56,893 nt of DNA, from positions 1 through 56,893 of the IMG/VR virus record IMGVR_UViG_3300032287_003360; one strand, given 5' to 3'. Each line of letters begins with the position of its first letter. Within the stretch, counting starts at the first letter, position 1. Below, piece after piece: positions 16,954-24,046 of this stretch. The DNA comes from a virus (lineage: Duplodnaviria > Caudoviricetes). The notes below the pieces were generated by a model, which saw only the letters and a program-made list of their open reading frames with translations, was not told where the DNA came from and searched no databases. A program made the position numbers and the translations under genes.

Positions 16954-17526
16954 ATGAAGAAGTCAACACAAAAAGAAATAGTCTGGAGCGAGTTTTCTCG
17001 TGCTCTGGCAAATGCGATCGCAGATAAATTTCTGGCACCAGAAAGAGAGGCCGTTGAGGCTACTCTGAAGGACCTGAAAGACAGGGTCGTGAACGAGCAC
17101 TACTTGCCCCTCAAAAAGCATTTGGACAAACTGCCGGATGGAGTGGTGGGTGTGGGGAGTGGTGTCTTTGTTGCGTGCCCTGAACTCAAACGGGGGCTAT
17201 CTATGTATGTGAGGGTGTCGCAAGATATTCAACGTGTTCCGCATGCGCTGTTCCTGCCAGCATCATTGTTCGGTGCTCTTAAAGCGGCTCAGGAAACGAG
17301 AAACGAAATTGAAAGACGTGCCGAAGCTCTGGCTATGGACCTGTGCAACAACATCGTGATGGCCGACAGCTTCGAAGAAGTCATCGCCAAGTGGCCAGAG
17401 TGCAAGGAACTCGCCGAAGAATGTGCAGTGAAGCACGCCACGACGATGTGCTATCCTTTGTCGCGGATCCTCGGCAAGTACAGCTTGGCTCCTCTTCCTG
17501 CACCCGAAGCAAAGCGCCTGACGTAA
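16954..17526 (+). CDS. Nmad5-like hypothetical protein
   Basis: 190 aa, C-terminal EEVIAKWPE pattern resembles Nmad5 (recall). Confidence 0.5.
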   Translation: MKKSTQKEIVWSEFSRALANAIADKFLAPEREAVEATLKDLKDRVVNEHYLPLKKHLDKLPDGVVGVGSGVFVACPELKRGLSMYVRVSQDIQRVPHALFLPASLFGALKAAQETRNEIERRAEALAMDLCNNIVMADSFEEVIAKWPECKELAEECAVKHATTMCYPLSRILGKYSLAPLPAPEAKRLT

Positions 17527-17542
17527 CTTCAGGGGGTAACTC

Positions 17543-17797
17543 ATGCCTGAGAAAACCGTAAACGAAGTCATCAGAGATATGATTATGGATGCTTTTGGCT
17601 GGCATATTACTGCCAGTCGGCGGATCGATGCGCATGGTACTCTCCATTTTGCTCCCGAAGACAACCACGATCGCCGAATGCTTCTCATATACGTTCGAGA
17701 AGGCCGGTGGTCGCGGGTTAAAGCGAAACTTCCATATGTCGGGATCAGCGAAAGTAAACAGGACACTATCCGCAACGCAATCACATTACTTGAGTGA
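17543..17797 (+). CDS. Tandem paralog family member 1
   Basis: KTVNEVI...DAF...IRNAITLLE. Confidence 0.8.
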   Translation: MPEKTVNEVIRDMIMDAFGWHITASRRIDAHGTLHFAPEDNHDRRMLLIYVREGRWSRVKAKLPYVGISESKQDTIRNAITLLE

Positions 17798-17804
17798 GTA
17801 ACTC

Positions 17805-18095
17805 ATGACCATAGAAGAGACCCATCTGGAAGTAATCCAGGAACTTCTTCGACAGTTCCCGGTGCGGCAGTGCTACGACAAGGACGGTAAGAAATGCGGG
17901 ATATCGAAGACACGCCAGTACCGCGCCAGGGAAAAAGCGCTTGCGGAAATGCAGTATATTTTGACGCAAACACAGCGGGGTTATTTGTGGAAGTCCACAT
18001 ACCGTAAGGACAGATTTGGGTATGTGATAAAGAACCTCGTTCGTGGCGGCGTTCCCGAGCAAGTCCTCAGCAGCGTTTTCTTGTTACTTGAGTGA
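17805..18095 (+). CDS. Divergent member of, or insert in, the paralog array
   Basis: EVIQELL at N-terminus, LLE C-terminus encoded by the motif. Confidence 0.7.
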   Translation: MTIEETHLEVIQELLRQFPVRQCYDKDGKKCGISKTRQYRAREKALAEMQYILTQTQRGYLWKSTYRKDRFGYVIKNLVRGGVPEQVLSSVFLLLE

Positions 18096-18102
18096 GTAAC
18101 TC

Positions 18103-18366
18103 ATGCCAGAAGAAAGAGCTGACCCTGACAAATGTGCGGTCATCGTGCAGATGCTTTTCGATGCTTACACGCGGAGACCTGTTGAGTACCTTAGCAATAT
18201 ACCAAACACCTTTAGCAGTGTCCACATGGCACGTTCTTACCGGTACGAGCTTCTCGAATACGCCAGCGAAGGGCATTTCCAGCTTGTGAAGTTCACGCTT
18301 TGGCAGACCGGTATTAGCCCGGACGACCAAGTCGCTATCCGCAACGCCATCACATTACTTGAATGA
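18103..18366 (+). CDS. Tandem paralog family member
   Basis: VIVQMLFDAY...ISPDD...IRNAITLLE. Confidence 0.8.
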   Translation: MPEERADPDKCAVIVQMLFDAYTRRPVEYLSNIPNTFSSVHMARSYRYELLEYASEGHFQLVKFTLWQTGISPDDQVAIRNAITLLE

Positions 18367-18373
18367 GTAACTC

Positions 18374-18622
18374 ATGACCGATAATGCAGACAAGAAAACC
18401 GCAAACGAAGTCATCGCGCAAATGCTTTCCGATGCTTACGATCGAAATCCCGTCGCGCTTGATGCTAATTCAACTGCCCAGCTAGTACGCTTCACGCGAA
18501 ACGATGCTATATTTTCCGCAGTCAGTGGGCGTTTTGAGTATGTGCGCCGCCAGCTTTGCATGCTTAAAATCAGCAAGGACGACGCGGTCACTATCCGCGA
18601 CGCCATCATGTTACTTTCGTAA
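18374..18622 (+). CDS. Tandem paralog family member
   Basis: KTANEVIAQMLSDAY...GRFEYVR...IRDAIMLLS. Confidence 0.8.
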   Translation: MTDNADKKTANEVIAQMLSDAYDRNPVALDANSTAQLVRFTRNDAIFSAVSGRFEYVRRQLCMLKISKDDAVTIRDAIMLLS

Positions 18623-18629
18623 GTAACTC

Positions 18630-18869
18630 ATGGTTGAGAAAACCGCGAACAAAGTCATCAAGCAAATGCTTTTCGACGCTTACGAGCGAAACCCCGTCGC
18701 CGCGCGCTATGCTGATTCAACTCCTCCGCTAGTACACTTCACGCGGGACGCGGTTGTATGTTTTGCAGACCGTGGGCGTTTTGAGTATGTGCGCTATTCG
18801 CTCTCCAGACTTAAAATCAGCGCAGATGACGAGATCGCTATCCACAACGCCATTACGTTACTTTCGTAA
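18630..18869 (+). CDS. Tandem paralog family member
   Basis: KTANKVIKQMLFDAY...GRFEYVR...IHNAITLLS; visibly similar to the previous gene at DNA level. Confidence 0.8.
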   Translation: MVEKTANKVIKQMLFDAYERNPVAARYADSTPPLVHFTRDAVVCFADRGRFEYVRYSLSRLKISADDEIAIHNAITLLS

Positions 18870-18907
18870 GTAACGCACAAGGATCAGTATAGGAATACAA
18901 TCCTGTA

Positions 18908-18936
18908 TTGACAAAAGGTTGTCAATGCGTTATGTG
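18908..18936 (+). promoter_or_regulatory. Sigma70-type promoter with palindrome over -35
   Basis: TTGACA-N17-TATGTG; ATTGACAA-AAGG-TTGTCAAT inverted repeat. Confidence 0.55.
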
Positions 18937-18985
18937 TTGCAACCGTACTGTTCTTCTGTCCAACCCAACTTGAAAGGAAACTGCT

Positions 18986-19324
18986 TTGAACACCTCCACC
19001 ATAGGCAACCCAACCAATCCCGTCAATGACTACAGCGGTTCGATCAGCGCGCTGATCGACGCGCGCAGCAGAACCCATGGCGATTTCGATGATCACGCCC
19101 GCATCACGCAGCAGATCAAGAATGTCTGCTATGCGGAACTGACGGAGAGGGAACTGCGGAGCCAGGACCGCCTCACATCTCAACAGATCGAAGCCCTCGA
19201 CATGATCGCCCATAAGATCGGGAGGATCCTTGCTGGCGACCCGTGCTTCAAGGATCACTGGGATGATATCGCGGGTTATGCCATGCTCGCTGCCCGCGAA
19301 GCCGACAAGCTCAGCCGTCTGTGA
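18986..19324 (+). CDS. DUF6378-like protein
   Basis: R..THGDF...EALDMIAHKIGRILAGD....DHWDDIAGYA. Confidence 0.75.
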   Translation: MNTSTIGNPTNPVNDYSGSISALIDARSRTHGDFDDHARITQQIKNVCYAELTERELRSQDRLTSQQIEALDMIAHKIGRILAGDPCFKDHWDDIAGYAMLAAREADKLSRL

Positions 19325-19408
19325 CGTAGTCCGGTTACTCTAGGAAGTAATTCCTAGAGTAACCTACCCATAACATCATTTCACGAAACACCAGAACAGG
19401 AGAACAGC

Positions 19409-19735
19409 ATGAAAGTGGACGACGTGATGGATCATATCGAACTTGCCGAAAAATTCATGAATGATTTGAAGCCGTGCCCTTTTTGCGGAAGCAAGGGCGA
19501 CCTTGTTTATGTGGAGGCCTCAGACCGAAAGGAGGTGTATGTGCAATGCTCGCATTGCGCTGCGAGAGGCCCGTCACAGGTCAGCCTTGTTACTTTGCAA
19601 GGTAAGTTCGTCGAGTCTGTGGCCCCCCTGTGCAAGAAAGCATCTCTCTCCTGGAACTACAGGCCCGCTGTCGGGAGAATTGTTGCGTCATCATCCATAC
19701 CAAACACCAGAACAGGAGAACAGCATGAAATCTGA
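19409..19735 (+). CDS. Lar-family restriction alleviation protein
   Basis: LKPCPFCG...VQCSHCAARGP...WNYR. Confidence 0.75.
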   Translation: MKVDDVMDHIELAEKFMNDLKPCPFCGSKGDLVYVEASDRKEVYVQCSHCAARGPSQVSLVTLQGKFVESVAPLCKKASLSWNYRPAVGRIVASSSIPNTRTGEQHEI

Positions 19736-19943
19736 ACCGCTCGCACGGTTGTACCGTCCGAGCCCGGCCAGTTTCTTCCCGGAAACCGATATCGTTGCGA
19801 TGCTCGATGGAGACCGCAACATCGTCTACTTCCGGCAAGACCTCTTCGATCGGTTGTCGTCTCTTGATCAGTCGAAGGTCTACAATCTGAGAGACAAGTA
19901 TCTGCGGTTCACCACCACGGAACCCGGTTACTCCTACAGGTAA
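19725..19943 (+). CDS. Hypothetical protein
   Basis: MKSEPLARL..., AGGAG RBS, stop in the motif. Confidence 0.7.
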   Translation: MKSEPLARLYRPSPASFFPETDIVAMLDGDRNIVYFRQDLFDRLSSLDQSKVYNLRDKYLRFTTTEPGYSYR

Positions 19944-19969
19944 CAACCCACAACTCACGGAGAACTATC

Positions 19970-21055
19970 ATGAAGCTCAAGACTTTTTCTCGGCTTGCCA
20001 CTTCGCTCTATGTCTCTGGCAAGTGCGTGTATCTTCGCTCTGGTCCTGGTCGCGGCAAGACCACGACGATCCTCGACACGATCCCGCGCATCGCTGCTGC
20101 TACCAAGAAGCGGCTGGGTGTGTCGGTTGTCTCTGGCCCCAACCTCCAGCCCGGTGACACTGTCGGTTTCGGTATCCCCAAGCACAGCGAGAAGCATTCC
20201 GAAATGGTGTTCACGCTGCCCTTCTTCTGGCGCACCGAAGAGGGCAAGCTTCTCGAAGAGTATGACGGTGGCGTGATCTTTGTTGACGAAGCCGACAAGA
20301 TGGACGTTGACATCAAGAAGGTCATGGGTGAGATGGCGCTTTCTGGCCGCTGCGGTCCTCATCGTCTGCCGCCTGGTTGGGTGGTGTGGATGGCTGGCAA
20401 CCGTGCCGAGGATCGCTCCGGTTCCACCAAGGAACTTGATCACCTCATCAACCGGCGATACGAGATCAACGTCGATGACGACATCGAAGGCTGGGAAGAA
20501 TGGGCGCACAAGAACGGCGTGCATCCGTCGATCATCGCCTTTTCTGTATCCAACCCTCAGATCGTGTTCCCCGACAAGCTCCCCGAGAAGCAGGGTCCGT
20601 TCTGTACCCCCCGCTCGATCGTCAGTGTCGGCGAGGTGCTGGTTACTCTGTCAGGTAACCCCGATGGCAACCTGCCAACTGATACCGACGCAGTCGAGCT
20701 CGCTGCCGCTGGCATCGGTCCTGCTGCCGCTGGTCAGTTGTTCGCTACCTTGCGGCTTGAGGCAGAGTTGCCGAGCATCGAGAGCATCATCAACAGCCCT
20801 ACCACTACCAGGTTGCCCACAAAGCCCGACGCGCAGATGCTGGTCTGCTACAAGCTAGCGTCTCTGACCAAGGCGGAGAACATCACGCCGGTCATTACCT
20901 ACATCGAGCGCTTGCCTGCTGACTTCGCTGCCACTTATGCCAAGGCGGTTGTGACGCGGGTACCGACACTCGTCGCCCACAAGGCGGTGCTCGACTGGAC
21001 CAAGCGTAACGCCACACTGATGTCCACACTGTCGATGCTCAAGTCGGCGGCTTGA
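19970..21055 (+). CDS. MoxR-like AAA+ ATPase
   Basis: Walker A SGPGRGKT, Walker B IFVDE, sensor AGN, LINR, TPRS. Confidence 0.88.
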   Translation: MKLKTFSRLATSLYVSGKCVYLRSGPGRGKTTTILDTIPRIAAATKKRLGVSVVSGPNLQPGDTVGFGIPKHSEKHSEMVFTLPFFWRTEEGKLLEEYDGGVIFVDEADKMDVDIKKVMGEMALSGRCGPHRLPPGWVVWMAGNRAEDRSGSTKELDHLINRRYEINVDDDIEGWEEWAHKNGVHPSIIAFSVSNPQIVFPDKLPEKQGPFCTPRSIVSVGEVLVTLSGNPDGNLPTDTDAVELAAAGIGPAAAGQLFATLRLEAELPSIESIINSPTTTRLPTKPDAQMLVCYKLASLTKAENITPVITYIERLPADFAATYAKAVVTRVPTLVAHKAVLDWTKRNATLMSTLSMLKSAA

Positions 21056-21462
21056 TGGCGCACGTCAAGGTCGGGCGTTACAAATTTCACGGCTCGGAAG
21101 TTGAAGTTACTATGAAAGGTAACAACGACTTCCGAGAGACGTGGGCCGCCCGCTTCTGGGGTAACATAGACAAAACCGAATACTACCGAATGGTCGGCGG
21201 TGTTCTTAACTGGGATCACATCATGGCACGTAAAACCTACCGCATCGAACTGAAAATCGACTTCAACGACGACTCCAGACATGAAGCGCTTATCGGGGTG
21301 GCGAAGCAGTACGCTCGCGATTTCCTTGCCAGCGCCACGCTTCTCCAGGACCGAACCCGGCCTGCGTGCGTTCTCATCACTGACGATACTTTCGTCGGTA
21401 TGGAGGAAGTCAGCATCATTCCGGAGAGCGTCAACATCCACAAGGCTGGCGATGGACAGTGA
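21052..21462 (+). CDS. Hypothetical protein (start uncertain)
   Basis: 136 aa, between the AAA and vWA genes. Confidence 0.6.
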   Translation: MMAHVKVGRYKFHGSEVEVTMKGNNDFRETWAARFWGNIDKTEYYRMVGGVLNWDHIMARKTYRIELKIDFNDDSRHEALIGVAKQYARDFLASATLLQDRTRPACVLITDDTFVGMEEVSIIPESVNIHKAGDGQ

Positions 21463-21646
21463 CACCGCCAAGCTACTCGTCAAGGCGCTGTTGCTTTTCA
21501 ACGACAAGCAACGCTTTGTGCTACGTCGCGGGGGTCTTGACTCCTACGTCGTAGCTCACGAGATCACGCAACACCTCAAAGCCCATGGTCTGGATTGGCT
21601 GGACCCTGAGCTCCAGCCACCACCTGCTCGTTACCACGCAAAGTAA
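21452..21646 (+). CDS. Hypothetical protein
   Basis: MDSDTAKLL..., 64 aa, stop in the motif. Confidence 0.55.
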   Translation: MDSDTAKLLVKALLLFNDKQRFVLRRGGLDSYVVAHEITQHLKAHGLDWLDPELQPPPARYHAK

Positions 21647-21664
21647 CCCACGGAGAAATATCAC

Positions 21665-22933
21665 ATGAAAATCGAAGAGATCGAACTCGACGCGCCCACC
21701 AAGCGTAAGTGGATCGAGACGCGCAGCGCGCTGCTCTGGTCCTGCCCAGCCTTCACTCACATCTTGTTCAGCATGCTCAACCCCACCAAGGGGGAGCTTG
21801 CCGCCATCTTCACCAAAGACAGCACAATACCTATTGCTGCTACTGACGGCGAGAACCTCATTCTCAACCCTGACGGCTTCTTCAAGATGTCGCTGGCTGA
21901 ACGGGTGTTCGTTGTCGCGCACGAGATCATGCACTGCATTTACAACCATTGCGCCTTGTCGCGACCCTACCGCCAGACGGGTAAAGTCAAGTACAGCGAT
22001 GGTACTGAACTTGGCTATGACCCAATGCTCATGAATGCAGCTATGGACTTTGTGATCAACGACGCGCTCATCAAGTCGAACATCGGCTCGTTCCCGAAGG
22101 ACGGCTGCCATGATCAGTCTATCGCGACCGCTGACAACTCGTTCCTCGATGCTTACAAGAAGCTTTACAAGAAGCAACAGGGGCAGGGGCAGGGGCAGGG
22201 GCAGGGGCAGGGCAACGGTCCCAAGTCTTTCGACGTGCTTCTTGAGCCCGGCGCTGCTCAGGGCAAGGACCCCGGACAAGCCTCGCAGGGGCGCTCCCAG
22301 GCCGAGTGGGACACCGCCGTCGCTGGCGCCATCGCTGCGGCCAAGGTGCAAGGCAAGATGCCTGCTGCTCTTGAGCGGTTACTTTCCCAAGTACTCGACC
22401 CGGTTGTCCCGTGGCAGGAACACATTCGTGCGTTCTTCGCCCGCAAGGTCGGCAGCTCCAGCTACAACTGGCGCAAGGCAGACAAGCGCCTCATCCAGCG
22501 TGACATCTTTTCACCGGCACGCTCTGGTTATGGATGCGGCGACGTCATCATTGCTATCGACACGTCCGGATCAATCGGTCAGCAGGAGATCGACGTGTTC
22601 TTTGCCGAGGTGCGCGGTATACTTGAGGACGTCAAGCCAACCAAGATTTGGCTCGTCTGGTGCGACGCTCGTGTGCATGGTGTCGAAGAACTCGAATCTG
22701 CATCCGACCTGACTGGTCTCAAACCCAAGGGTGGCGGCGGCACGGACTTCCGCCCGGTGTTCGAGTGGGCCGAGAAGTCTGACATTCGCGCTGACGCCAT
22801 TGTCTACTTCACCGACATGATGGGGTGCTTCCCCAGCTACGCGCCCGAGACCCCGGTGATCTGGGCTGATATTCATGGTCACATCAAGGCACCGTTTGGC
22901 GAGACGATCGCCATACCGTTGCGGGGTAAGTAA
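21665..22933 (+). CDS. DUF2201-type metallopeptidase-like + vWA domain protein
   Basis: AATDG, HEIMH (HExxH), DTSGS MIDAS, GGGGTDF, YFTD. Confidence 0.88.
   Translation: MKIEEIELDAPTKRKWIETRSALLWSCPAFTHILFSMLNPTKGELAAIFTKDSTIPIAATDGENLILNPDGFFKMSLAERVFVVAHEIMHCIYNHCALSRPYRQTGKVKYSDGTELGYDPMLMNAAMDFVINDALIKSNIGSFPKDGCHDQSIATADNSFLDAYKKLYKKQQGQGQGQGQGQGNGPKSFDVLLEPGAAQGKDPGQASQGRSQAEWDTAVAGAIAAAKVQGKMPAALERLLSQVLDPVVPWQEHIRAFFARKVGSSSYNWRKADKRLIQRDIFSPARSGYGCGDVIIAIDTSGSIGQQEIDVFFAEVRGILEDVKPTKIWLVWCDARVHGVEELESASDLTGLKPKGGGGTDFRPVFEWAEKSDIRADAIVYFTDMMGCFPSYAPETPVIWADIHGHIKAPFGETIAIPLRGK
22178..22212. repeat. (CAGGGG)5-CAGGG encoding a QG linker
   Basis: Direct reading. Confidence 0.9.
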
Positions 22934-22935
22934 TT

Positions 22936-23091
22936 ATGCAGTGTGAAAAATGTCTCGCCGAAGTGACCGTCTTGCGCTTTCGCCGGGGGCGCAAGCGGTC
23001 TTCCACTAGCTATGTATGCAACGACTGTGGGAAGCAAGGTGTGGAGTGGAGAGATAACACACCGGCTGACGACAGTAACTTCAGCAAGTAA
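22936..23091 (+). CDS. Small Zn-ribbon-like protein (not in ORF track)
   Basis: MQCEKC...VCNDCG..., 51 aa, stop in the motif. Confidence 0.6.
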   Translation: MQCEKCLAEVTVLRFRRGRKRSSTSYVCNDCGKQGVEWRDNTPADDSNFSK

Positions 23092-23119
23092 CCCCCCAGA
23101 CAACACGGAGACTTACCAC

Positions 23120-23908
23120 ATGGGTACGACTGTTTTTACACCTAACATTATGGCCAGACTTGCTGCCGAGGTGCGCGGTATGGCGAACAGGTTTTTCCTG
23201 ACAACCCCCATTGAAATCACCGCAGAGGAGTTTATATCCGGCTTTATCGATCCGGATCATGTGTCAATCCTCCGGCAAACAGAAAAAATATGCGGGCATA
23301 TCGGCAGCACGGGGGTCGCCGAGTTTCCGATCGTGGTCGGAGATACTGAAGAAACAAAAACCGCCATGGGGCTCTCGCTTAGCTTCAACAGGAAAACGCC
23401 TATCATAATCCCAAACTATGTGGCGGACGGGCTTCGAGAAAGCGCACCCGAAGCATTACGCGCTAAGATTACCGAGTGGGCAGAGCAGCGTTTTTCTCAT
23501 GGCTCCATGTTCGGTGACGCGCTTGACGCGCTTGAGTTTCTCAACAGATTGTGTGCTAATGCTCAAGCCATGACGGTTATGATGCCGATCGTACCTATTC
23601 TGATGCACAACTATGACCCTTCCGAAGGGTCACGCATGAGCAAGATCGCCGCAAAATTAACCGCCAAAAGAGCCGCAGGTAAGCTGCCCATGCTACCTCG
23701 CAAAGTAACTCAGCGGTTTCAGGACGTTTCCGCTTTTTTGACGGCGGTCAGCATGCTCGGAAAAGATGGCGCGCCTACTTCGTTATCGAATAGGCCGGAT
23801 GGAGCTGTACTCGATGTTTCACATCGTTTTGCCGCACGGCCTCATCGGCTGCATATGTGCTGTGGTATTGAACACATTGCCTCCAACCAAAAGGGCTCGT
23901 TCTTCTGA
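23120..23908 (+). CDS. Hypothetical protein
   Basis: 262 aa from ATG 23120 with GGAG RBS. Confidence 0.75.
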   Translation: MGTTVFTPNIMARLAAEVRGMANRFFLTTPIEITAEEFISGFIDPDHVSILRQTEKICGHIGSTGVAEFPIVVGDTEETKTAMGLSLSFNRKTPIIIPNYVADGLRESAPEALRAKITEWAEQRFSHGSMFGDALDALEFLNRLCANAQAMTVMMPIVPILMHNYDPSEGSRMSKIAAKLTAKRAAGKLPMLPRKVTQRFQDVSAFLTAVSMLGKDGAPTSLSNRPDGAVLDVSHRFAARPHRLHMCCGIEHIASNQKGSFF

Positions 23909-24046
23909 AACAGAAGCGGCGGCCCCCCACCACGAGGGCCGCCGCTAGTCCCCGAAAGGACGAAACCAACCCACGGAAGGAAGGCTGCGCACAACATATA
24001 TGCGCGAACTTCAAACGTCAATACCATTACTTGTGCAGGTAACCGA

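Noticed and set aside
12807-18874. CRISPR array or Cas system (repeats plus Cas4-like gene at 27337)
   Set aside because: Repeats are 13-18 bp, degenerate and separated by whole genes; the Cas4-like nuclease sits in a standard phage replication module without cas1/cas2
13036-18874. True integron attC sites
   Set aside because: No RYYYAAC...GTTRRRY long imperfect hairpins and no IntI-like recombinase seen
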